Assembly: GCA_043228905.1 (NCBI GenBank)
Contig: JBHGNT010000007.1
Location: 3,534,001 to 3,598,000 of the forward strand
Source of the DNA: Azolla caroliniana
Taxonomy: Eukaryota; Plantae; Polypodiophyta
Length of the DNA: 64,000 bases
Direction: 5' to 3'
Below are positions 53,701-64,000 of the stretch, piece after piece. The first letter of the stretch is position 1. Each line of letters starts with the position of its first letter. The notes beneath the pieces were generated by a model. The model saw nothing but the letters and a program-made list of their open reading frames with translations, was not told the origin of the DNA and ran no database searches. The translations under genes and the position numbers were made by a program.

Positions 53701-54737
53701 TTCTTCCCTGTGTTTTTGGTGGCCCCTGGAAATTCAATCTCCGATAAATTCCATCAATTTCCTTGATGACAAGTTCTCCTTGCCCATTTTGTATGTGCTT
53801 CAAAAAGGTTTTTGCCAGATGAGGACAAAGCTTCTGCTACAAGGATATCTCGGAATAGTACTGTCAATTGTCTAATCACTATGTTACCCCCCAGCCTTTT
53901 CTTTATTTCCTCAAATGCCTGAAGGTTTTCGTCATTTCCTAAAATGCCATTCATCAACCCTAAACCCCTGGGGGATAGTTATACCTCTAACCATTATGAG
54001 CCTCTTTACATTTTCGTAGTGAACAGTCACAATCATTTTTAGGAGTAATGAATCTGACACCACCTGAGAGATCATCTTCATGTTAGTGGCCAATTGTAAG
54101 TGAATCTCATCTATTATCTGGAAAATATAGTTCTAAGTGGATCTCATCTGTTTTCTGTTAAATATGGGTCAATACTATTCTAAATGAATCTCAAACGTTG
54201 TGTTGAAAATAGAGATGGATGTTTGTTGCGTAAAAGTTTTAGCTTCCTTGGCAGAATATAGCTATCTACAATTGTTAGTGGACTGTGGAAATATAGACAG
54301 CAAGGGAGAGGTATAAGGATGGGTTATCATGTTGACTTAAATTGACTACCCCACGTGGTACAAAGGGATTGACTAGAGTTTAATTAACACAATCATCTGT
54401 TATTAGATATGAAGTTCCACATTCTCATTCTAAATCCGATTGTATCTTAAGATGACAATTGAATAAAAGAATGCAGTCATGAGATTTAATTTCTTAACTT
54501 GTATAATTAGGCATGTGATTTAATTTGTGTTTAATTTCTAACTTTGTATAGAAGGCGCTTGATACAATGTCTATGTTTAGGGTTATAGGAATGATAACAC
54601 GAAAGGACATAGTTCGTGCATACAAGGAAGCAAAGCTGTCGAGTAAAAGGTCACTTATTGTCTCAGACTATAGCCTAGCAAGCTTTTATGATAAGGATGA
54701 AAGAAAGAGCTTACAAGTGTTATACTCTCTTCCATGA
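41701..54737 (+). CDS. CLC-family chloride/anion-proton transporter with CBS domains (~22 exons)
   Basis: Start at ATG 41701 or 41791. Exons include ..42182 (IESLDYD), 42927-42985 (KWTLTILIG), 44007-44059, 44163-44297, 44424-44498 (AYLNG), 44598-44636, 46991-47128 (IGQEGPMVH), 47210-47265 ([13 protein letters not shown]), 47337-47415 ([17 protein letters not shown]), 49270-49419 (PGGIFMP), 51676-51808, 52073-52522 (HNGFPV...DLRPFMN), 53222-53310 ([11 protein letters not shown]) and 54581-54737 (GMITRKD...TGA). Confidence 0.93.
42280..42600. repeat. Degenerate ~60-bp tandem repeat in CLC intron 1
   Basis: Recurrent TTGAAG..ATCATGAT..ACAATAGAAGA-like cores. Confidence 0.6.
44780..45970 (+). 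mobile_element. Degenerate RTE/CR1-like LINE (copy 3) in CLC intron
   Basis: ACTCTTCTCTATGGAGTAGAAACG (TLLYGVET), and the 3' portion is colinear with 32200-32995. Confidence 0.78.
52735..53111. mobile_element. hAT-type MITE in CLC intron
   Basis: 8-bp TSD CCTTCTAT at 52727-52734 and 53112-53119, TIRs TTGGAATTGGCAATGGT versus reverse complement TAGGAGTCGGCAATGGT, and AACC/GGTT subterminal repeats. Confidence 0.85.
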
Positions 54738-56198
54738 AAAAATCCTCCGTGTTGCATATGTAAATTGAAAGAAGATAAAGGCAACATGCAGATTTTGGTT
54801 CTTGATTGTATATTATTTGTAAACATTGGAATAATTCCATCTTATAATTGATTCAGCATTATAGACTTGTTTATTTTCTATGGTGGTTTATTATTTGTTA
54901 AACAGAATAAACAGAATAAATCCCATGTGCTAGCAGATGTTCATTGATTGTTTACCGAATTCCCTAATGTTTCTGTGATTGGACCTCTTATAAAGTGTTT
55001 CCAGAATTTAATTCAACTTAAGATGCGCTTCCAATGTTATCATGATGTCCATTATTGGTCATTTAGTTTAGCATCAGAATAGGGTCTATCCACCATCAGA
55101 TTAGGGCCTGTCCATCATGAGCTGGCTTCCCATGGTTCTCCAGTATTCAATATTAGTCATGCAATGCCATCAGCGTGGATCTCTCTCCATGCTTTGGTTG
55201 TGTGCCCAGCTTGGTAGTTATAACTCAATTGGATTTATAAATTTAGTTTAAAGGACATGCTTACGTGTAGATTCTAAATTGCATCACATGAGAATTGAGC
55301 TCTACTGTTCCTTTGTGCAGAATAGAGTGGTTCAGTCAAGTGCTAGAGTTATAAGTGAAAATGAGTGATCATTGTTATAAATATTACCACTGAATTGATT
55401 GGACATAGCTGCATTTATAATGGTCAGTCATTGGTGTCACTGATCATCAATAAAAGAGTAGTGCAAGGTTCCTTGATAAAGAAGAACACAGCAACATCAT
55501 TCAGTAACCCCTTTCAGTAGTTCCACTTGTGATTGCTTCATTGCAGACCATAGCAATAAAACAACCCCAAAACCTTGACACAAGCTGAGGTTCTCTGGCT
55601 AGCATATGCAATGACAGAAGTGGCATTCCACAATAGCAAGCAGCCCTACACCTACTACCAATCACAACACTTTATTGATAATGCACAGGTTTAACTACTG
55701 CTGGATTTCTGAAAAGTCTTCACAAATATACCTACAAAAATACTAAATGCACAACAATGATAATCATTCCAAGACAGAATTCAGCAGGTGCTTTATGCTC
55801 ATTAAGCACTCTCATGGAGCAAGTGCTCTTGGGCCTGCTCTTATTCATTTCTGCGGAGGGAAGTTGAGTTCGACTAAATGATGAACGAAAAGCAGAAAAA
55901 TCATAATATTTTCAAGAAATTTGAAAAAACAGCCTCTTGGATTTTAAAAACTTCTAGCTTTGAAAAACTAGCTGCAGCATAATTAGGTCTTACACAAAAC
56001 AATTAACAGGGTTTCAAGATCCTTAACAAACGTTTAACAGGTTACCAAATCCATGTTCTATTGCCGATAATTAATGTTAACCGTTTCAGTTTGCTTGCAC
56101 TAGTATGTCTGCCACATTATCACAACAAATGGTAGTGTATAAAGCAGAATAATAACAGAAACACAAACTACAGATGCCTTGAGCCCGACATCATCTTC

Positions 56199-59100
56199 TC
56201 ATGGTTCTCTCGTCTTGTCTTCCTCCTTTTTCTCTGCTGATTTATCGTCTCTAGATTTGAGATGCTGTAGAAAGATCAGAATGTCAGTAACATTCTCATT
56301 TACTTCACAAAATATTAGTATATACTGAAACGGAACACATGAACTTCTGACCTCCTCAGACTGCAAAGAGGCTAGCACTTCCCTCACAGAAGGATCATTT
56401 GGATCAACACCCGGAAGCTTTCATAGCAATGTCAATAGATTCAACCCAAACAAGGCTTGTTAGTTAGATTTTTGCACACTAGGATATATAGGCATGTGAA
56501 TATTGTAGCGCTGGTAATCCTTACCGATGATAGAATTGATGATACAAAGTTTTGGTCACCCAGAACTTTACTCATTTCAGCATCAGATGTCGTGGCAGCC
56601 TCCTGCATAGATATCTGTAATGCTGCAAAATGTGCAGAAATCAAGCCAAGCATCGAAATGGTTAGTGTTTATCAATAATCATCTCCGATTTTCAAATTAT
56701 GACCATGTGATAATAATGTCACCACACAGACAACATCAAACTGAACAGTGCATGAATGAAAGAGCAATAAGTTGACATATTAAAGAACAGCATCAAATGG
56801 CTATTTATGTGGTTTCTTAAGTGTTTTTGAGGAGACAAATATAATCTCAAATTTAATTTTCTTCAGTTTCAGGCTATCCTCCTTTTGTATTGTATTGCTT
56901 TAAGCATGTCAAGAGCATGTCAATTTTAATAGGAAATCTGTAACTCATAACAAATCATAATCATACTGTAGGATCTCTGATTTTTTACTTCAAGCCCATT
57001 ATGCCTTTTGACAAAACCCACCATCAACTACTACATTTCATAGGTCTTACCATTGGATAGACCTTTTGCATGGGTATGATATTATCTGCATCCGCAATCA
57101 TACCTCCACAACTATTGTGTATTCCATGTAGAGTTGTCAATTCAAAACTTCAGTTTATGCAGTCCTGTGCTATTTCCTTATGATACTTACACTGAGATGA
57201 GATCGTTGCCAGTGCCCTTGTTTTTATTGTGATGCAAGTTGTTTAATGTGAACAGGAAACTACAAGCTACGCAAAGAAACTAGCTAACACATGCATTTAA
57301 TAACAGTTATACAGAATAAGTTTTAAAATAAACTTAATATAGATGTTTGATTGCGTTATTCCACCATAAATTATAATGTAAACTTAATATAATTGTTTGC
57401 AGTGGTTTTTTACATCAATTTAACCATTTTTAATCAATCAAACCCTAGTCCCACCATTGCAATCCATTTAAATTTGGCATCTCAATCATCCCAAAACTGT
57501 AAATTACCCCTGTTATTCACAGATAAAAATGTTCTTAATAATTTTCTAATGACCCTTGTTTCCCATGGTCCACAAGCCAATGCCGGTAGTTAAAAGTACC
57601 CACGTTACTGAATTTCACTACAAAACTCACTATGCTTTTTCCTACATTTTTGACCAACGCTCTGTATCTTTTTATGACCCAAGTATAAGTTCAATCTTAT
57701 AAAACTCCAGAAAGAGATAACAAGGAAGGACCAAATAACATACAATCCTTTTAATGGGGGTGATAGAAAATACAAATAACTCTCATACATTTGCATGAAA
57801 ATACAAAATCAAGAAAGTAAAAGATCCTCAATTACAGAACTCACCAAATGCTAAATCTTGATCAGTTTCTGTCATTGTTGTGTCTTCTCGAGCACTTCTA
57901 GGGGCACCTACTCCTTCAGTCATAGACATTGCAAGCGCTTGCTCCAAAAGTGCATCTTCATCTTCCTGGTACACATCATGAGGGAACGTTTCTTCTACAA
58001 TTTCCATTATATAAGAAAAGCAATATACCATGAACCACACTAACACTAACAGATGTACATCTTGAAGCCATCATCACGTGTTTTTAATCCTCATCTTATC
58101 ATTATGTATCAATAAGATCTCGATAGAATAGATATTCACGGTAAACATTACTTGCAATAGACTCTTACCAGTTACATTGTATAAGAAAGCTAATATATCA
58201 TTGTCCATCATAGCACCTTGATTAACACATTCATCTATAAATCAATCAACTATTATAAACCAGTAACAATGTGGCATTCTCATATTATGCCCCTCTATAT
58301 TGAAAAGATATATACACTGAAAATTACTTATAATATAGTCTACTGGTGTTATCATTTCACATCATGAGGCTTGGATAAGTATAGGGAAGTTATTGTGAGC
58401 AGTACTTACCATATAGTCTACTGGTGCATTCCCAGTGACCGGAATACCACTAAGCACTTCTGCCATCAAAGTATCTCTCTCGATCTTCTCCTGTGTTGCA
58501 TCTTGGGGAGTGGCAGTGACAGTGGTTGCAGAAGCAGAAGCAGCTTCAGCAGCTCTTTTGGCTGCCGTTTCTTGCCTTGCTCTTTCCTCTTCCATAGAAA
58601 CACGGAGCGCGAGGGCAAGCTCAGGGTCAAGATTCGGATCCACACCAAATTCAAACCCAGCTCCCCCACCAGCTGCTGCTGCTGCAGCCGCAGCTCCAGC
58701 TGCCGCGGAGGCAGCAAAGCCACTGCCTGACTCTCCATCGCCTGTGAATACAGGAGAGCTGCAACAAATTTGTAAGCGGATCAAGCCAGAGAAAGACATG
58801 CATATCCACAAATATATGTGCTAATAGACACTTTGTGTGTGTGCCAACACATACACATGCATACAAACATATACATATATAAGTACACGTATATATGTTA
58901 ATGCAGATCAGTATGGTCTTGCTTGCTTTATCCAACTTACGATATTAGCACATCTGAAAGAACATTAGAACCAGCTGGCACGTGCACAATGTGACTTGAG
59001 TCGTTGCTATTCACAGCAGCTAAAAGAGCATCAAGCTTTTCGGACTTCCCATCTTCTTCTTCTCCAAAGTTGACTATATCCAGTGACACGTTGTTCTTTT

Positions 59101-61450
59101 TAAGCTTCTTGCCAATGGACTCTAGAGTTTTCTTGTCAGCTGCAACTGGACTGCATTGTAAGCAAGAACTTGTATCTTCATAGATATCTCAATCACGATT
59201 CACAAGTGAAAAAATTACGTTATCAAAAACAAAGCTCTTGATGCACCATGACAATGATACATAGGTAAGAATACATGAGCTATAAACACAGTTCAAAAAT
59301 ACAGTTTTTGCAAAGAGTGAAAATAACTTCATGACATTTCAAATCTTAGAAAATATCTAGCAAGAACTTCCTTCTAGAGTTTCTTGAATTTAGCAAGTTT
59401 TATCTGCTTGTCAGCTGCAACTGGACTACATCATTAGCAAGGAAGTTGCATTCTTTAAAGAAATTTCAATCACAATTCACAGATGAAAACTTACATTATC
59501 AAAAACAAAGCTCCAGAAGCCAAGAATATGTGTGCTATAAACATTGGTTGAAAATATAGTTTTCCCTATGAGTTAAAATAACTTCACAAGATTGCACATA
59601 TGAGACATTATTTAAGAGAATATTTCACATATTCCAAGGTTCTTCTGCCAGTATTCCCAATTTGTCACATTTTTCTACTCTCGAGTTCCCATTGAACTGA
59701 TGATTTTCAAGATGTGCAATTGCAAATTACACTGATCTTGGTGGCTTTTAAAACATTGGCTAAAATCATACCTCCCAGAAAACAAGACAACTCTCTGACG
59801 CTGATGCTTGTTCTGCCTGTGCTTAAGGGCCAACTGTGCTACCTGTACAGCAGATGTTAAATTTGCATCCCCTCCAATCTCAACCCCTGGTGAACAAGTG
59901 AGCTAATTAGCAAGTGCATTTGGATTAATGTTTTTAAGGAAAAGATGACCTCCTTCATTATAACACTTAATAAGTTCGGAAAAATTCTGATTGGAAATAT
60001 TTGGCAAAGAGGTTTCTCATTTTTATAAAGAATAAACGATTCCCTGTGTAGTTTCTGTGGCATTCTCTCATAACTTGAATTTGATTCATGCATGACAGAA
60101 AACTTAGCCATTTAATAAAGAATGATGTCCCAACAACAGATTTTGTGTGAAATTCTGACCAGATTACACATCCCAAAAATATAGCATAAGGATAGAACAG
60201 CATAATTTTTCCATGGTAATTCAGTAAAATCAAACATATACTAGAAGAAAATACTGACCGTGCATGCAAGCAAGGATTTTTCCAAGATCACTTGTTGGAG
60301 TAACAAGCACACGAACTCCTTTACCAGCCATTGTTAGAATTCCTACTGTATTTTCAGGATTCGACTGCAGAACAAAAATGTACTTAGACTAGATAAACAA
60401 AATAAAACCATGAAGAACCTGAAATGAAACAAAACAAAGTGAAAAAAAAGGTAGACAAAAAAGGGTGCAGGAGAGGGGAAACCAAAACAAAAGAGGAAAA
60501 AAGAAGAGAGAAAGAAAAACTAAATACATAGAGAAGGTAGTAAGAATCAAACCAAATAATAAAAAGACAAGCTAAAAATAAGATAGCAACGAAAATTGGA
60601 AACTAAAGAAAAAGGTAACAAAAAGTGAATGAATAACAGAAGTTTGGAAAAAAACCTGTGTCTTTGCTCCACAGATGAGATTGACGGCCTCCGCTTGAGA
60701 CTGGAAACGATTGGGAGCATAGTCACCATTGCGCATCCACTCAGAGTTGTCAATACAGATCATCGTAGCCTGTGAAACAGAGAATACACCAAGGATATAT
60801 TGACCATTGATCTGATATATGCAGAGAATATAAGGAAAAACGGGATTTCTCCGTGGAGAAGATAACAAATGCAGAAGACCTTGATAATTCTTCTGTTGGG
60901 AAGAGGAGGATGAAAGAAAGAAAATTATTCTTATGTAAGGATATTACATGATGGACTATTGGCCTCGTGATTTTTCTGTGCAGACAGGACAACAAGGAAG
61001 AGAGATTACAATATATGCATTGAGAGCACGAGATGATTCTTGTGTGGAGAATACAAGAGAGAAAGAAGATCTTGATCATTCATCTTAAGGTGCAAAAGGA
61101 AAGAACAAAAATAAGATCTTGATGATCCTTCTACGCAAAAATGGCAGCAAATAAAAGAAGACCTTAACGATCCTTCTTCTATATAGATAACAAGTAAAGA
61201 GACGATCATCGCGATCACAGGAAAGAAATGTGATCTTGATGATGCTTGTGCCAATAAAGTCCTTGACGATTCTCTTTCTGTACAAGAAGGAAGAAGATTT
61301 CGTCTGTGCGGATAGCAGAAGAAACGAAAGAGCCGTACGATAATGAAGAATCTTCTTCCGTGCAGGAAAGACAAGAAACAAGACCATCATGATTCAAAAA
61401 CTTCTCCAAGGAGAGAAAAAAAGGGAAGACAGGCGTACCTCGAGAACCAT
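56199..61450 (-). CDS. RPN10: 26S proteasome non-ATPase regulatory subunit 4 (RPN10/S5a)
   Basis: Exons 61439-61450 (MVLE), 60656-60769 ([17 protein letters not shown]), 60259-60364, 59772-59886 ([11 protein letters not shown]), 58941-59150, 58410-58758 ([23 protein letters not shown]), 57845-57965 ([10 protein letters not shown]), 56525-56622, 56352-56417 (LPGVDPNDP) and 56199-56264. VWA domain plus UIMs. Confidence 0.96.
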
Positions 61451-61462
61451 CTTTGAAGCTGC

Positions 61463-61470
61463 TAGGGTTT
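61463..61470 (-). promoter_or_regulatory. Telo-box (AAACCCTA) just upstream of the RPN10 ATG
   Basis: TAGGGTTT on the plus strand, about 13 nt before the start codon. Telo-boxes are common near plant housekeeping-gene 5' ends, but function is not shown here. Confidence 0.45.
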
Positions 61471-63195
61471 CTGTCTGTGTGTGTCTGTGTGCCTTCTTTT
61501 CTTTCTTCTGCGTTCTGAGCAACCCTAGCTAGACCTGCGAAGCGAAAGCCTTTTCGTGCTTTTCCGTAAGCCAGAGAAGAAGGCAGGAAGTGGTAGCTTG
61601 CGGAAATACGTCTGAGTTTTTCCTTTATTGCCAAGGAGATGCCCCCGGCCCCCTTCGTAGTTTTCTCGTATTTCCTCAAAATGCCCTTTTGCATTTCTGT
61701 CTAGAAAATGAGTGCCATTATATTTTTATTATTCCGAGGTGTGACTGAATGAACCCCCGATAGACCGTCTTGCGTTTTCGGGAACAAAAAACGCCACCCC
61801 CCGTCCAGACATGTCAGACCTCCTTTATAGAGCTTAAAGAGAACACCGCGTGGGTTTATAGCCTTTTTATGAGCTTCTGTGCTATTCATTGGCCGACGAA
61901 AGCTTGCAGAACCCTTTGTGCGTAAGACTACCTGTGTTATATGACACTCTCTGATCCTCGGTGTCCGTTCAATCACGTTTGCATGGGTGGTAATTTTCTT
62001 CGTCCTTATACCTATGTTGGTAATGTAGGTTGTGGTTAAAAAGGCAATCGTGTGCTTTTCATGCTATGATATTTATTGAATGATGGTATGGTTGAACCGG
62101 ATACGAGTTCGCTATAATCCTTTAGTGTTGGAGTTTTTGTGTTCTATCCATGCTAACAATTAAATAATAGATTTAAATTGATCTCGCACATCCATTGATG
62201 CATGCCCATCATAAAGAAATGCATCTCACCTCATCACAATATAAATGACAACTTCACATGATTTTAACGAGAATAAGAAAATATATAGCACATGATCTCC
62301 ACAATACAAAAAAACAAGGCACATGTAACCAAACATAGGTGGATCGATAAACAAACACAACCCAAGTTTTTGGTCATTCACCAAGTTATAGAAAAGCATG
62401 AACATAATTGAATGGCACATTTAGGTTGTCGCTAATAACGTAGTACTAAAACCTTTGTGACTTGTCAATGAAAAGCACATTATGTCCTAATACAATTGCA
62501 ACTCAAATAGAGGAATTGATTGATAGATCATTTTGCCAAAAATAGAGTCCTAGTTTGAAAAGTTGTACACAAAAGGCATAAGTTAAGATTGAGAAAATAG
62601 AGTTTTGGGATAAGTTAAATCAATTATGTGAGTGATTATTTGCAGAGTTAGATTACAACCTCACCACTCTAAAAAACAGAATGGTAGGTTTCAAGGTAGT
62701 CAACCATGCGATTCACCACATGACAACCGTTAAAGGGAAAAAATGATAATATTAAGAGGAGAAAAACATAAGAAGGCATGGCGATAATGTACATCGTTTG
62801 ATATATGAGGACATATCTAAGCTAATTGTATTGTTAATAATTAGCACTGATCTTGTTTGAACTCTCTGGTTTCCTAGATCAACATAAGACCTACTTGAAT
62901 CATGGGTTTTAATCTTGTGCTTTTGTGATTCGTTGGAAGAAAACCCATACATTGCTAGACCAACATACACGCTTCTTGAATCGTGAGTTTGAATCCCATT
63001 TCCTTCAAGTGAGCACGAAGCATGAATGTGATCTGATGGAACAAACCCCATTACATGATAGCAATCGTACTGTGGTGGCAGTTGCTTCCATGAAGAGATT
63101 TGACATATTTGTGTCAAAAAGGTAGGCAATAGCTTGCCCCCCCCAAAAAACCCAAGGGCCATTCCGGATGCTTTTTGGTTAGTAAGGGCCCAGGG

Positions 63196-63326
63196 GCATT
63201 CAGGTAGTTTTTTAAGTTGAGCGGTATTCAGGCTGGTTTTGAAGTCGAGCGGTATTCAGGTTGGTTTTGACGTCGAGTGGTATTCAGGTTTATTTTGAAG
63301 CCGGGTGGTATTCAGGTAGTTTTTTT
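63196..63326. repeat. ~28-bp tandem subrepeats (GGTATTCAGG...TTTTGA.GTCGAG), probably a Mutator-like terminal region
   Basis: Five G(C/T)ATTCAGG cores at about 63197, 63224, 63252, 63280 and 63308. Confidence 0.65.
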
Positions 63327-63373
63327 ATAGAAAGAGAAAACATGAATGCTACGAGGATGATAGGAGCCACATG

Positions 63374-63416
<43 letters not shown>

Positions 63417-63463
63417 AGGAATTAAGTGGCCTCCCAAAGAGAAACCATGGATCCTTCAAACTA

Positions 63464-64000
63464 ATGGCATGCTTGAACAGAGTATTCTTATGGACAGAAC
63501 AGATTTCTTCATCATTCTGCAACAACCGCAGTAGTGAGGTAAGTTCCCTAACATTTCCGTTTTTTCCATCTATTTACTGAGAATTACTCTCTATGGTTAT
63601 TTCAAATCTTTGAACCTTGTGCTCAGAGAGACTCCCCTCGTCAAACTCAATACATAAGGGAAGTGTACGTGGATGTGACAATATCCGGGAAAAGAAAGGA
63701 TACATTTAAGATGGTTCATCATGGCCAGAACTCGATTGTAGATTCTATAAAGTTATGTGCCAAACAGAAAAACATAAGAAAAGGATTCTGCATACACAAT
63801 GATCTTCTTCAGTGTGGTCTTCTTGAAGATATATATGTGAACTCTGCTTTGATTTGTATGTACATGAGTTGTGAAGAGATTACGAAAGCTCAAGAATTAT
63901 TAGACGAGCTTCCGGTTCGATATGTTATCTCCTGGAATGCATTGATATTGGGTTACACTAGGCAAAAGGATTAGATGAAAAAGCTCTTGATTGTTATACA
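63464..64000 (+). pseudogene. PLS-class pentatricopeptide repeat gene with an apparent frameshift; runs off the window
   Basis: A putative exon at 63464-63538 splices in frame to 63627. PPR motifs IKLCAKQKNIRKG..IH...DIYVNSALICMY..C...KAQELLDELP.R.VISWNALILGY follow. There is a TAG at 63972-63974, while the PPR-like GLDEKALDCY continues in another frame. Confidence 0.75.

Noticed and set aside
61230-61250. ATCTTGATGATGCT resembles part of miR172
   Set aside because: The match is partial, lies inside a degenerate GATCTTGATGAT-type repeat in RPN10 intron 1, and has no complementary arm.
61085-61390. ORF beginning MMVL as the RPN10 start
   Set aside because: It lies inside intron 1. The first coding exon is ATGGTTCTCGAG|GT at 61439-61450, which gives the conserved MVLEATMIC.

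Overview
This is eukaryotic land-plant nuclear DNA: AT-rich, with GT-AG introns, (GA)n/(GT)n microsatellites and a PLS-type PPR gene. The overall style suggests a fern, but that is inference only. Six genes can be read: DET1 (minus, 3' end runs off the window), intronless GNA1 (minus), PEX2 (minus), a CLC anion transporter (plus), RPN10 (minus) and a frameshifted PPR gene (plus, runs off the window). Between DET1 and GNA1 is a 14.6-kb nest of transposons bounded by an hAT-type element with an 8-bp TSD. It holds an L1-clade LINE with a 17-bp TSD, a 5' inversion and a TAATG ORF1/ORF2 junction. That LINE is interrupted by a near-intact Ty1/copia element and a solo LTR, and a second LINE relic lies beside it. 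The most notable observations are a CLC whose GSGIPE selectivity-filter motif reads GGGVTL, a tandem array apparently derived from GNA1's own C-terminal coding sequence and copied again 14 kb away, and a duplicated splice acceptor in RPN10 that would create a premature stop. All boundaries were read by eye and no database searches were run.
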